Source of the DNA: Squalus acanthias
Lineage: Eukaryota
Direction: 5' to 3'
Length of the DNA stretch: 64,000 nucleotides
Assembly (NCBI GenBank): GCA_030390025.1
Contig: CM059432.1
Span: 67,892,001-67,956,000 of the forward strand
The translations under genes and the position numbers were made by a program. Of the stretch, positions 35,828 through 48,766 are shown piece by piece (the stretch's first letter is position 1; every line of letters begins with the position of its first letter). The notes below the pieces were generated by a model. The model was not told the origin of the DNA and made no database searches. It saw nothing but the letters and a program-made list of their open reading frames with translations.

Positions 35828-35957
35828 TTATCTGTGTAAATAAAATGTTTAATGGTATAGAGAAGACTGACCAAGAATATTACCTCAAAGGTTCCTTTGA
35901 GGTAATATTCTTGGTCAGTCTTCTCTATACCATTAAACATTTTATTTACCCAGATAA
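35828..35957. repeat. Near-perfect palindrome, 64-bp arms, 2-nt loop
   Basis: 35836-35891 is the exact reverse complement of 35894-35949; the arms extend 8 more bp with one mismatch. Confidence 0.97.
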
Positions 35958-36945
35958 GGTTTACCCTTAACCATTTTCATTTAAGGCCATAGAGCTCGTT
36001 CTCTAATCTTTCCTCAGAACTCATCCCCTTTACACTTGGTATTAGTCTTGTTTCTCTGAATTGATATACATGACCAGATCTAATGTGTAAGATTGCACTA
36101 AATTGGAAAGGGCTGCTGGTGAACTCACCAGCGACCCACTGAACCAACTCATGGCTAGATGAATAAACTGGCTCTTGGTACACTAAGAGTTAAACCAGCA
36201 GCATCCATTGAGGATTTTATTACCCAATGCACTACCAAAGTCCATTAGTTTAGAAGAATCAAAAGAACACTTTTAGCTGTGTAAGTAGTAGAGGTCATGT
36301 TAAATACCAGATCGATCCTTTGAGGGATCAGATGGATAGAAATATTAGGAGTAGGTTTGTGGGAATGAATTACCATTTCCTGTTCCATGCTTTCTTCTGT
36401 TCTTGAAGTGTTGCTCTCTTACGCTAACTGGAAATTACCTACTGACAAGTCAGTTGAGCAGAATTGACAACATTCACGAACCGTGTTGTTTTGTACTCTC
36501 AACCAAAATGAATAAATAGTAGATATGTGAAGACTAGCTTTGGGGAAGAACAAAAATGGAGGTAATACTAAAAAATTGGGAGGGGGAAGGGTTAAAAAGT
36601 AATTCCATCAAGAACACCAACAGCAAAAGATATTGCAGGACTTTTTGGATGGTATTGATGGGCTCGATTTTGCCATTGGTGGCGGGTTGGGTGCGGGTCA
36701 GGTGGTCGGCGGGTCCTGATCCCGCCTACGCTGTCGGGTGGGAAAAAATTGTGATTTTGCCCTAATTGGGCAATTGATTCCCAGCGTGTGCAAACCCCTG
36801 GCCCAATTAGTTTTTTGGGCCTGAAACTCGCCTCTGATGACATCATTTATCCAGCTGCATTTAAGGGCTCCAAGCAGCCTTGGTTCATTTTGTGCCGAAA
36901 CGCTTGTGTTTGCTTCTGATCAAAATAATTTTTGGAGCTAGTGCA

Positions 36946-38916
36946 ATGTCGACTTCAAGGCCCAAGGCCTCACCACACTTTAATGATGACTCACTCCATG
37001 CTCTGGTGGAGGGAGCCAGAGCACAAAAGGAGGTGCTCTTTCCATCCTCTGGGAGGAAAAAACCTCCTCAGCAGACCAAAGCTGTGTGGCTGCAAGTTGC
37101 CCAGGAGGTCAGTTCCAGATCGATGTGCAGCAGAACCTGGCTGCAGTGCCGAAAGAGGTTCAATGACCTTGTCCGAACAGGCAAAGTGAGTATAGCATCA
37201 CCTTTACCCTCATTCTGCTCCCCATCTCCTCTCAGCACCAGCACTCTGCATTGTCAACCTACTCCTACACATCCCACTTTACCCTTACATCCCTTGCACC
37301 CTTAACCATTCCCTCTCTCTCTATGTACACAATCACTTCACTATTCGATTATGCTGCCCTCACACTCCCTATCACTGTTATGCTATGACAACAACTAACA
37401 ACACACAGGGAGGGCCCTTAGTATTGGGACCTCACTCCATATTTGTGTCCTTCTAAGCATCTATGCTATGGATTATCTACACTCACTCCATTATTCTCAC
37501 TCAAACTCCACTTGTGTCCCTCACTGCAGGAAAAGAGAGCCCACAATAAGAGGGAAAGGGCGAAGACCAGAGGAGGGCCAGCCTCAATAGCCCATCTTAC
37601 CAGCGCAGAGGAGGCGGCCCTAGAGATCATTGGAGCCGAGGAGGATGTGGAAATGGGGGACGGACAGACTGGCACATCAGAGCAAGCTGGTGACAGAATA
37701 GTTTGCATCTCTCTCATTGACATTGCATGAGTGACTGATATGGCTTCTGATGCTCAAACAGATTGACTTATGATCATCTGCACTATTCAATGTGCATATA
37801 ACATTTATATCACATGTCTAACTCATGCCTTTACTCCCCCACAGGACCATCGACAGCCCCCCTTCCCCATTGTCCAGGAGGAAGAGGCTGAGCCGGAAGA
37901 CTCCTCAGAGGAACCTGCAACCTCTGAGGGCGCAGCGTCAGCAGAATTAAGCGCACCCAGCACCAGCGCAGATACGCACACCTCGGTGGGACCTTCAGGA
38001 CACAGAGTAGTGTTGTCACCTGGTGTATCACAGCTCACAAGTGAGCATCAGCAGATGGGGGAGACAGGGACAGCAGTGGAGAGTCTTCGTCAGAGGCCAC
38101 AGGGTGCTCCCAGCTCTGCTCAGCTGCATGTGGACCCTGTGCCTCCGGGTCCATCCAGAAGGAGAGCAGTGCTGGAACTCCAGGAACAGGTTCAGGAGTC
38201 TCTGGCAGGTTTTGTCTCCAGGGTCACTGCGAGTGTGGAGCGGATGGAGGAGTCCAACGCTAACATGAGCAGAACCTTTGTGGAGGCATTGGCGAATGAA
38301 CACATCACCATGGAAAGGATGGCTACTTCCATGGAAAGGATGGCTACGGTAGAGGAGAGGATGGCTATGGCCATGGAGGAGCTAAGTCGCCAGAGTGTGG
38401 AAAACATGGTGAATGTTCAGAATAGACTGACATCTCTGGAGGAGCGATGGATAGCTATTGATCAGAGAAACCAGGCCTTCATGGAAGTCCTCTGGAGTAG
38501 GACTGCTAGTGCAGAAACGGGTCCTCATGGCCCCCCTGATGTGCAGCAAGGTGCTGTCAAGCCACTTGCTAGCTCTGAAGTGGGGCTGACCCATGGGAGG
38601 GATGTTGGTGGCAGAGAACATGAAAGTGGGGGCTCCTCTCCAAGCGCTCACACTCCCATGCCACTGCGGAGCCCTCGGTCAGAGCCCCACCAGAGTCCTC
38701 ACCCAACTGAGATGGGCGTCTCAGCCCCTGCACAGACGCAGGAGGAGCAGACTGTTGGCGAGCCCTCATAGGCTCGCAACCCCAGAGAACGCCCGCCAAA
38801 GGTGTCGAACGAAGCAGGAGCAGCATGAGAGTGAGCAAGGGGCCTCCACATCTGCTGAAGCCACAGGGGAAGCACCACGTAGGAGCACGCGTAAGAGGAA
38901 GATAATGCACAAGTAG
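36946..38916 (+). pseudogene. Harbinger Myb/SANT-like DNA-binding protein, 3 exons (approx. 36946-37185, 37530-37689, 37845-38916), frameshifted
   Basis: PHFNDDSLHALVEG...W.QVAQEV...RTWLQCRKRFNDL; GT-AG junctions; exon 2 EKRAHNKRERAKTRGG; coiled-coil exon 3 ending PRRSTRKRK. Confidence 0.75.
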
Positions 38917-39174
38917 TCACAAGGGCAGTCACTTGGGTGTTCTGTTGTGTTTAATTATTAAATGCCATCCTTTAGTCAATGTATTAAAATGTAGTGATGG
39001 CAAACTGTTGAAGTTCTGGAATCTGTCATTTCAGAAATGGAAGTTCCACATTGAGGGCTCAGGGCGAAATGTATTTGTCATGATGGTGGTCAGAGTGATA
39101 GGAAGCCACCGGTTCTTGTCCATTGTCTATGGTGTGGTAAGAAGGTGCCAGGCACATGTGTTTTTATGGGCAAC

Positions 39175-40420
39175 TTAAGCAAATCTGGTCAAGATGAGTG
39201 CATTCCTTGCATCCCGGGCAGCAATGTGCTTGCGTGCTGCTGCAGCTGGTTGATGCACATCCACAAGGCCTTTGTACTCGTTCTCCTCCTCCTCCTCCTC
39301 CTCCTCATCTGAGGAGGCTATGCGCTGAGCCACTTGTTCCTCAGGCAGCTGCAAGCCACGATGCTGTGCGATGTTGTGCAGTGCACAGCAGACCACGATG
39401 ATTCTGGAGACCCTGGCTGCTGAGTACTGCAGGGCTCCACCTGATCTGTCAAGTCATCTGAATCGCATCTTCAGCAAGCCGATGGTTTGCTCGATGATGG
39501 ATCTGGTGGAAATGTGGCTGGAGTTGTAGCGCTCCTCAGCTTCGTTGGATGGCCTCCTGAACGGTGTCATTAGCCACATCTTCAGGGGATAGCCCTTGTC
39601 TCCAAGTAGCCATCTGCAAAGTTGGTTTGGCGGACTGAAGCGCGGAGGCACACTAGACTGCCACAGGATGAACGAGTCATGGCAACTGCCAGGGTACTTG
39701 GCGCAAACATGCAAAATGTCCTTCTTGTGGTTACACACCAGCTGCACGTTGAGGGAGTGGAAGCCCTTGCAGTTGACAAAAAGAACTGGGTTGTGATGGG
39801 GTGCCTTAAGGGCCACTTGTGTGCAGTCTATGACGCCCTGCACCCTTGGCAAGCCTGCCATATTTGCAAAGCCTACCACACGCATGTTTATAATTGCTTG
39901 ATCCGTGGAGAAGTGTATGTAATTGTGCGCCTTTGCAAAGAGGGCATCGGTAACCTGTGTGATGCAAGTGTGTGCGGTCGACTGGGAGATGCCGCTGATG
40001 TCTGCTGATGATCCCTGGAAGGAGCCTGAAGCAAAAAAGTTGAGTGCGGTGATGACTTTGACAGCCACTGGTAAGGGGTGTCCACCCGCTCCACTGAGCT
40101 CCAGGTGTTGGTGCAGCATTGCGCAGATGTCACCGACTACCTCTCGAGAAAGTTTCAGCCTCCGTTGGCACTGCTGCTCACTCATGTTGAGGAAGCTCAT
40201 CCTCATCCTGTAAACCCTGTTTTGGGGGTATCTGCTGTGGCAACGTGCTTCCCTGCGCTGGCGCCTTCTGCCCTGTGAACCATCAGGTGGGTGAGCAGCA
40301 AGTTTGGTGCTCCTGTTGTTGCTGCTGTTGGTGCTGCTGTTGTGCCTGCTTCTGCTGCTGCTGCGGCTGCTCGTCCTCCAAATCTGAGGACCAGGATGAA
40401 AGGAAATAAATGGTTCCCAT
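39175..40420 (-). pseudogene. Harbinger DDE transposase (HARBI1-like) with a premature stop at 39454-39456 and a 5' frameshift
   Basis: [58 protein letters not shown]. Confidence 0.9.
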
Positions 40421-43214
40421 GCTGCTGGTAGATATCTCCGTTGAGGAAGCGCTCAGTCAATATGGGGAGAGGGTTTTCCCAGGAGGTCACAGTGGAGATG
40501 GATCACAGCTTCACCACTTCCAAGATCAGTGGACCTGCAAAAAGTTCTCCAAGACCTGAAAAAACAAAGTTCTGCCACCTGCAACTGATCCTTGTTGAGA
40601 GCTCTGTCTTTATGGTGGAGCTGCAGCTGTTAGGAAGCCAGCCACTTGTGAACCCGATAGGATTAGCTGGCGTGTTTCAGGAGAGATGTGCAGCACGCTG
40701 GAAATGTGGAACAATTTGAAAGGCCTCTCAAAATGGGATTATAGAGGTGCTTAAGTGGTAGTTAAGTGCCTTAAGGGCCTATCCCGCCGCCTGGAAGCGC
40801 GGCCGAAACTGACTCTGCAAGCCCGCCTCTGGCAAAGTTGCGCAGAGGCGGGTTGATAGCGGGATCGGAACCTGCCGTCATTTTTTCAAATTTTACCACC
40901 AGTCCTGCCTCCAAACCCACCTCCTCAGGGCTGGTAAAATCCAGCCCCATGTGTCCAGCAGGGGGAGTGGAAAGATAGCAGGATAAAAGAATGTTTGCCA
41001 TGGAGACCATAGTGTGGTACCTTGCAAACGGTACGAAGGAAAGTGTGTGGTGTTTCAGCAGCAGGTATATTAGAAGAGTGCAAAACCTTTCTAGATCCTC
41101 TTTTCCTAATTTTATTTTGTACAGATGCTTAATATTATTGCAGAAATGTTAAACACATCTCATTTGATTTTACACAGATATGAATGAGCGTTGTGAAAGG
41201 CAAAAGCAACATAAAAAGAAAAAATTGACCTTCTTCAAACATATCAAATTTCTGCAAATTGATTAACCTTATACATAATCCTATTAACATCTGGACCAGA
41301 TAAACAATGCCTTGAGGGTTTACACTAACAATAATCAGATTTTTACATATTTAATTCCATTTTCTTTTATTCCTAATGCTTTTTGCATTGGAATAAAAGC
41401 ATTTAAGATTATCCTTTAAAATAGAATCACAGAACCTTTCAGCACAGCAGGAAGTCATTTGGTGCATCATGCTCCTGCTGCTCTTTGAAAGACTTGTTCA
41501 CTTAGTCATAAGTTCCTTCCCGTAATTGGTCCTTTTGCTCTACTTTTTCCATTCAGTAGTAATGGTTTGGCAGTAACTGAATGTGGTGAATGATATGCTA
41601 CCCCCAAGTGCTTTTATATTCACAAATCATAGGACCATCATCCCCAAATTGATGGGTAGTTAGTATCTGCTGCAAAATTGGACAAGAGCTTTGTTCCTCT
41701 TTTCTTTTTTCTTTTTAACAAGCTCTGGTTTTTATTGGTTCTACTTCGAGAGGCATTACATAATTCTAATAGAGACACTTCCTTTCTTTAATAAATGTCA
41801 CCTTAGAAAGATGCAGTTTTAGGCAGCTGGAAAGTTGAGATACAACTTAACATAATCAGTGTCCAAATGCTGGAGGCAAAATCAATGCCGATATGGATGA
41901 ATCTGTTTAATGAAGGTTAGACTCCTGAAGAGCCCTATATATTCAGGAATAAAAACAAAGACAAGATAATAGGAATGGCCATGTTTTCTGTTTTCAGAAG
42001 TAGGAGCAGTCCAAACTTTTTTCTTGTTTTATTTCATCTTTTACCTGTCCCTTCGTGAGTCTATGGGAATCAAATGCCCTGTTGCTACTCCAGGATTGTT
42101 CCCAATTCTGACATACCCACCCATTTTAGCAAATCAGAAATGGTTTGCTGGCTAATTAATTATGATAATAATGGTGCAGGCTGCACAGATACATGTGGAG
42201 CGCATAATTCCATAGGAATTTTGGCTTAGCGATATTAGTTGGGAAGCATGTTTTATTGGTCGGGCCAAGGAACAACTCATTCTTGCCATGCTGGCTGAGG
42301 AGAAATGTTCTTTTTGGCACTGCATGGGTTATCTTCTACCCATTCTGTTGAAAGATGGCTTGACAGGGGGTTGCTCATGTTTCAACCACTATATGCATCT
42401 GGAAGGAGCTGTGTAGGAAGTTTCATGAGCTCAGGGGAAGGTAAGACAACAGGAATACACTAAGGAAGGCTTTAAGCACAATGATATACATGCTCATCTA
42501 AATGAAATGTCTGCATCCTGTTACAATAGCAATAAAATGTTCTTACTGCTTAACTGCCAGCTGATGTTCTGCAAATGCTGATGGAACCCATATATGGATG
42601 TCGAAAATACCTTACTTTCAGTTGCAATGCTTTATGCCCCAGAATAATGCATCAACTGGCAAACAGAAAGCAGGACTGACTGTACATATAAACAGCAATC
42701 ACATGTATAGTTCCTGGATCCAAATGATCACTTCTTTAGAAACTAGTGGTAGAACTATCACGATGAATAGTTCTCTTTAATGAAGCATTATTTGGAAATG
42801 GGGGATCTAAAACACATGCTGAGCAAGTAATAGCCTGGCACCTGCTGCCCAACCGCTATAATCATAATGTTGCAGTAGAAATTCTAGAACCGTAATCAAC
42901 ATCTAATTGTGTATATAAATCATTGATGTTCTATTCATTGCAGGTTGTGATTCATTGCCGCAATTCACAAGGCAGGAACACAACTGGGGGTGGAACTTTC
43001 AAAGAGAAGACCCTGACTCTCTGGGAAACATGTCTGGTGGCGCTCATTGTCCTAGAGACTTTCCTAGGAATAGGTTCTTCACAAGTGGGAAAGCGGCACA
43101 GACACTCTTATAACTGCAAGTTACACTGCTCCTAAGGAGATGATGTTGTGAGTCGTGTTCCACAGAGGTCTGTGCTGGAGCTGCTCATATATATAGATAT
43201 AGATAGATAGATAG

Positions 43215-43935
43215 CTGGTATGGATGAAAAAGTTAAGAAAAAAATATCAAAATATGTTTATGGCACCAAATTGGAGGGTATGAGAAAGTGTGCAAAGAAA
43301 GATTGCAGGAGGCCATTGATAGGCTAACGGATCATACGTGGTAGATACAGTTCAGTGTAGAAAGATAGAAAGTATTAAACTTTTGAAGTAAGAATAGGGA
43401 TAGGGAAAGGGAATACACCTTAAATAGTAAGATTTTAAATGGAGTAAAAGAGCAGAGGGACTTTCATGTGCAAATACACAGCTTATTAAAAGTGGCAATG
43501 CAAATAAATAAGGCCATAAAAAAAGCAAATGGAATCCTTGATTTTGTAATCAGGCAGAGAATACAAAAGTAGGAGTTAATGTTGGCTTGTTCAAGACCTT
43601 AGTTTGGTAGCAGTTGGATATTGTGCATAGCTTTGGGTAACCCATAATAGGAAGGATATAAAAGCAATGGAAAGGGTGCAGCATTGATTCACTAGGATGT
43701 TACCAGGGTAGGAAGGTTACAGTTCTGAAGAGACACTTGAGAAGTTAGGTATTTTTTTCATAAGAGTAGAGAAGGTTAAGGGGTGACCTAGTACAGGCAT
43801 TCAAGGTTTAAATGGATTATAATAAAGTAAATAGTGATAGATTGTTTTCACTGGTCAGTGGGACAGTAACAAAAGGGCACATATTTTAGATCACAAAAAA
43901 AATTAAAAGAGGAGGGTAGAAAAAATGTCTACAGA
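43215..43935 (+). mobile_element. Old, heavily decayed CR1 RT fragment
   Basis: Recognisable KKANGIL and MERVQH.FTRMLPG segments colinear with the other CR1 copies, with many stops. Confidence 0.65.
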
Positions 43936-44075
43936 GAATGGCCCGACCAAGTTCCCTGATCGCTTGATGTAATTTCTGGGAGATCGCCAGAATCCCTGGA
44001 GAAATGACACAAACGGCTGTTTGTGGATTCTTGTGGAAATTCCAAGCGAGGGTATTTTAGAATGTGGTATCCTTT

Positions 44076-44425
44076 ACAACAACAGCAACTTGTATTTATA
44101 TAGCGCCTTTAACATAGTAAAACGTTCCAAGGTGCTTCACAGGAGTATTATAAGACAAAAAATTTGACACCGAGCCACATAAGGAGAAATTAGGGCAGGT
44201 AACCAAAAGCTTGGTCAAAGAGGTAGGTTTGAAGGAGTGTCTTAAAGGAGGAAAGAGAGGTAGAGGGCAGAGAGGTTTAGGCAGGGAATTCCAGAGCTTA
44301 GGGCCTAGGCAGCAGAAGGCACGGTCACCAACTGTTGAGCAATTATAATCAGGGATGCTCAAGAGGGCAGAATTAGAGGAGCACAGATATCTCAGGGTGT
44401 TGTGGGGCTGGAGGAGATTACAGAG
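44076..44425 (-). mobile_element. L2-type LINE 3' end
   Basis: Minus ORF NLLQPH..LRYL.SSNS.LL..P...GDRAF..LGPKLWNSLP; 3' end AAAGGCGCTATATAAATACAAGTTG followed by a (TTG)n tail. Confidence 0.7.
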
Positions 44426-45504
44426 ATTTTTGCCCAATAAACAGGTGTAAATTGGAACAGATATGCATCATGCTGGAACTCTGCCATTTCGCAGGTGGAT
44501 CCATGCAAGCGACATCAAAATGACCAAATTGCATTGTGTTGTTTCACGTGCATGACCATTTGAAATGGGCATCCAGGATTGCTAGGGACTGTGTTGTTAT
44601 TTTCCGACTACCATTTGGAAAGGATGCTGAATTTGTTCAAAATCCCATGGGTGGGGTCTTTTTAATATTCAGGTTGGGCAGCCTGCTGTTGTAGAATCTC
44701 TACAGAGCCACCCATCCTGAGGAGATGCTGGAAACCTAGTGGATACTGGTTCCACCCCAAATTCCTGCCCCCACCCTGCCTCATGTGCAATTCTTGATTT
44801 CCTCCCTCTCCAAACCCAGCAACTCCAGCTCCATTGTTTTTCTAACGATACCCTGCGGATCTATGAATCATCATGCCTACCCCTTTAAGCAGCTGGAAGC
44901 CTTTAAACCTTGCAACAGAACTTCACTTCTTGCTCATGAGCAGGCGAGCTCCCAGTCACAGGTGTTATCCATGCTGGGAGCTTGGCCATATTTTGGTATA
45001 CACGCAGAGGTCAGGGTGTTAAAAGTGGAGCAGGTGCTCTTCCTACACCACCCCACTTCTAGTCTAGCTTAAGCGCAATCAGAAACTCTAGGCTCAGATG
45101 TTGAAACTCAGGCACATCTCGCCTTGTGAATCCAAGCATCATCATACATTGGTCCTCCACGATGTCAAGGTAGCTACATCTCTCTCAGCAAACCCGATCC
45201 CTGGGGCAGCTTGTGTTCTGTGTGATTACTGTTTGATGAAGTTAGTGCTTCTGATCTGCTTTCCACTGCCATCAGTGACACACATCAAGGTAGCCTAAAA
45301 GGGGCACTTGACCCATTTTCCAAAAGGTCATGCATCACTCATTGCTGATGCCTACTACTATTGCTATTTGGTTAAATAAACTCCAGTTCAGCACCTGAGA
45401 TAATTCCTAGTTGGTCATTATTTCATTCCGTGAACAAAGCTCCTATTTTCTAGTAACATATAGGCTTAGCAAACAAATGTTTACTCTTTCCAGAAATTTA
45501 GTAT

Positions 45505-45660
45505 TAGCTTTGTTCAGTTGGCAGCACTTTCACCTTTGAGGCAGAAGCTTATAGATTTTAATATGTAGTCCATGACCTGATCTACTCTGACACTTCAGTA
45601 CAGCGCTGCATGGCTATCTTTCAGATGAGATGTTAAACAAAGGCCCTGTCTGCCTGTCTA
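45505..45660 (+). mobile_element. Deu-domain tRNA-SINE fragment (SacSINE1-like)
   Basis: Decayed tRNA-like head followed by TCTTTCAGATGAGATGTTAAACAAAGGCCCTGTCTGCC, which resembles the DeuSINE core as I recall it. Confidence 0.5.
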
Positions 45661-45661
45661 C

Positions 45662-45820
45662 TGGCTTTCTCTTAATTGGCCGGCAAGCCCTCAGGGCGGG
45701 CTTAACAAGGCCAATTGACGCAAAATAGCGTCTGTGCGTCGGACGTCGCTGGGGGCGGGACTAGAACCCAGAAGGCAGCAGTTCCGCCCCCAACACGCCT
45801 CTTCAGGTAAGATCGCGACC
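45662..45820. mobile_element. Right-end fragment of the Harbinger-type MITE seen at 214-1058
   Basis: Colinear with 900-1058 (GACGTCGCTGGGGGCGGGACTAGAACCC). Confidence 0.65.
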
Positions 45821-46334
45821 ATGGTATCTGTCTTCATGGAAGAAGACACAAAAACAATCCGGAAATAGTGGGGAATCATGGGTCTAGTGAGAATAAGGAA
45901 CTGTAAAAACAGGATTTGGCTGTGTCAGTGACTGTTATATTAATTTTCCTTGACATTTTTTGACTAATCCTAATATATCATGAAGCTCAGACTCTGGGGA
46001 TGAAATGGTGTTTGGCAGAAGTCAATGGAAAAGGAAATGGCAGCATGTAAAATGGGTTGCTGATTCATTATCACCTGTTTTATACTACCGCCGAAGACCA
46101 ATTTCACCCTCTGTGTTTTTGCACATTAACACTTTGCAAATAAACCTCAGTAACCATTTCCAATCTTCTCATCTTCAGCTGGTTCCCATCTCTATATGTC
46201 AGTTATGAAACAAGAGAAAATATTGGTGGTGAAGTTGGCCTGGGGCGGTAGCGCAAAATAGGCGATAGCGAATCAGCAGCTGGTCTTACATGCCACCTGA
46301 TTTTCTTTTCCATTGACCAAGTAGTACCATAAAA

Positions 46335-48080
46335 TCTTCCAAATAAGAGAAATGAGTTCATGTATTCGCGCCAATAGTGCTTCTCCGCCATGTTTTAACG
46401 CCTTGGCGTGGATTCCATCTGCTCCTGAGGCCTTGTTGTTCTTCAGTTGTCGGATGGCCTTTTCAACCTCATGCCGGGCTGGGGTTGTGCTGAGGTGGTG
46501 GCGGGTAGCATGCTGCGGGATGGAGTTGAGGACACTTGCATCGAAGACAGAGTCTTGGTTAAGGAGATCTTCGAAGTGCTCCATCCAGTGGGCACTGACT
46601 GCCTCTCTGTCCTTGATGAGTACCTCTCCATTCTTGGCCCGCAGTGGGGTAGGACCTTGGGTGCTTGGGCCGTAGGTGGTCTTGACTGCACTAAAGAATC
46701 CACGCACGTTGTGGTTGTCGGCTAGCTGCTGGATCTCCTGCGCTTTCTCCACCCACCATCTGTTCTTTAGTTAGCGAGTTTTTTGTTGGACCTTGGCCTT
46801 CAGGCGTCTGTAGAGCTGCTTTCTTGCTCTCGAGTTCTGTTGCTGTTTCCAGATCAGGAATGCCTTGCGCTTGCAGCTTATTAGCTCCTGGATCTCCTGG
46901 TCGTTCTCGTCGAACCAGTCTTGGTGTTTCCTGGTCAAGTGTCCGAGCGTCTCTTCACAGGTGCTGATTATGGAGGCCTTGAGTGCAGACCAGGCGCTGT
47001 GGACACTCTGTGTCTCTGAATCACTGGGAGTCGTCAGGTTGGTTGTGAGGTGCAGGCTGAATAGGGCTTTCTTAGCAGGGTCTTTGAGTGCTTCAGCGTC
47101 GATTTTCCTGCAGCATTGCTTCTGTTGCCACCGCTGTTTTGGGGCTACGTTGATGGAGATGACAGAGCGGATTAGGCAGTGGTCTGTCCAGCAGCCGTCA
47201 GCTCCTGTCATGGCGCGGGTGATGCGGACGTCCTTGCGGTCCCTTGCTTGGACGATGATGTAGTCCAGCAGATGTTAGTGCTTGGAGTGAGGGTGTTGCC
47301 ATGAAGCCTTGTACTTGTCTCTCTGATGGAAGAAGATGTTGGTTATGACAAGGCCATGTTCTAAGCATTTCGTCAGGAGGAGGGTACCGTTGGAGTTGGC
47401 TTTCCCTACCCCCTCTCTGCCGATCACACCTCCCCAGAGGTCTGTGTCCTTTCTAACTCTGGCGTTGAAGTCGCCAAGAAGGATCAGCTTGTCGCCCGTT
47501 GGGACTCAGCACAGGGATTGTTCGAGGCTGGAGTAGAATTCCTCTTTGGTCTCGTCTGTGGCTTCCAGTTTTGGGATGTACGCACTGATGACCGTAGCGC
47601 ACTAGTTCCGGGCTAGGGTGAGCCGTAGAGTCATGAGGCAGTCATTTATTCCACAAGGGGAGTCTCTGAGACGTTCAACTAGCTCGTTTTTTATGGCGAA
47701 GCCTACCCCATGGAGGCAGCGTTATTCTTCAGGTTTGCCTTTCCAGAAGAAGGTGTAACCACCGCCTTGCTCCTTGAGCTGGCGTTCCCCTGCCCATCGG
47801 GTCTCGCTTAGGGCAGTGGTGTCTATGTCGAAACGTCTGAGCTCCCGGGCAACGATAGCAGTATGGCGTTCCGGTCTGTCACTGTTGGGGTTGTCCATGA
47901 GGGTCCTGATGTTCCAGGTCCCGAACTTCATTTTAAAGGGTGGAAGATGCCTGTGCGTGAATTCTTTTAACGTGGGGTGGCCGTTGCACACCAGCTACCA
48001 CACGGGCTTGACAGAGCAAGGTCTTGGTCCAATGGCAAGGGGATCCAAGATGATTGGAGACCAGGCTCTGCTGCATTGGC
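46335..48080 (-). mobile_element. RTE-clade LINE: 5' UTR, endonuclease and start of RT, 3'-truncated
   Basis: MKFGTWNIRTLMD...RPERHTAIVAREL...ALSETRW..YTFFWKG; HQDWFDEND; KASGADGI. Confidence 0.85.
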
Positions 48081-48225
48081 CTAGCACACACACACAAACA
48101 TACTCCTACTGTCCTCCTCCTTCCTTCCCGCAGGTCCTCTCTGCCTGGGTTTCATAGGCTGCAGTGTGGTCCTCCCGACCCCGCTGCTGGTCCACGCTGC
48201 GCCACTCCTGGGCGTCGACCTCGCT

Positions 48226-48766
48226 GCTGGGCTCGTCCTCGCCCCTGGGCCTCGTCCTCGCCCCTGGGCCTCGTCCTCGCTCCTGGGTCCCGACCTCGCT
48301 CCTGGGTCCCGACCTCGCTCCTGGGTCCCAACCTCGCGCCTGGGCCCCGTCCTCACCCCTGGGCCCCGTCCTCGCCCCTGGGTCCCGACTTCGCTCCTGG
48401 GCCTCGTCCTCGCTCCTGGGCCTCGACCTCGCTCCTGAGCCCCGTCCTCGCCCCTGGGCCTCGTCCTCGCCCCGGGTCCCGTCCTCGCTCCTGGGTCCCG
48501 ACCTCGCTCCTGGGCCTTGACCTCGCTCCTGGGCCTCGACCTCGCTCCTGAGCCCCGTCCTCGCCCCTGGGCCTCGTCCTCGCCCCGGGTCCCGTCCTCG
48601 CTCCTGGGTCCCGACCTCGCTCCTGGGCCTTGACCTCGCTCCTGGGCCTCGACCTCGCTCCTGAGCCCCGTCCTCGTCCCTGGGCCTCGTCCTCGCCCCG
48701 GGTCCCGTCCTTGCTCCTGGGTCCCGACCTCGCTCCTGGGCCTCAACCTCGCTCCTGGGTCCCGAC
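48226..48766. repeat. GC-rich 19-bp minisatellite (CTGGGTCCCGACCTCGCTC variants) with a 113-bp higher-order repeat
   Basis: About 28 units; the diagnostic CTGAGCCCC variant recurs at 48435, 48548 and 48661. Confidence 0.95.

Larger units (their letters stand above)
36660..40947. mobile_element. Full-length (~4.3 kb) decayed PIF/Harbinger transposon with convergent Myb-like and transposase genes
   Basis: TIR GGGCTCGATTTTGCC / GGTAAAATCCAGCCC; both family genes are present. Confidence 0.88.

Noticed and set aside
40950..43170. Possible host-gene exons (AG/GT-bounded segments near 41180, 42180-42440 and 42944-43085)
   Set aside because: No recognisable protein and stops in the candidate frames; cannot be supported without RNA-seq or homology search.
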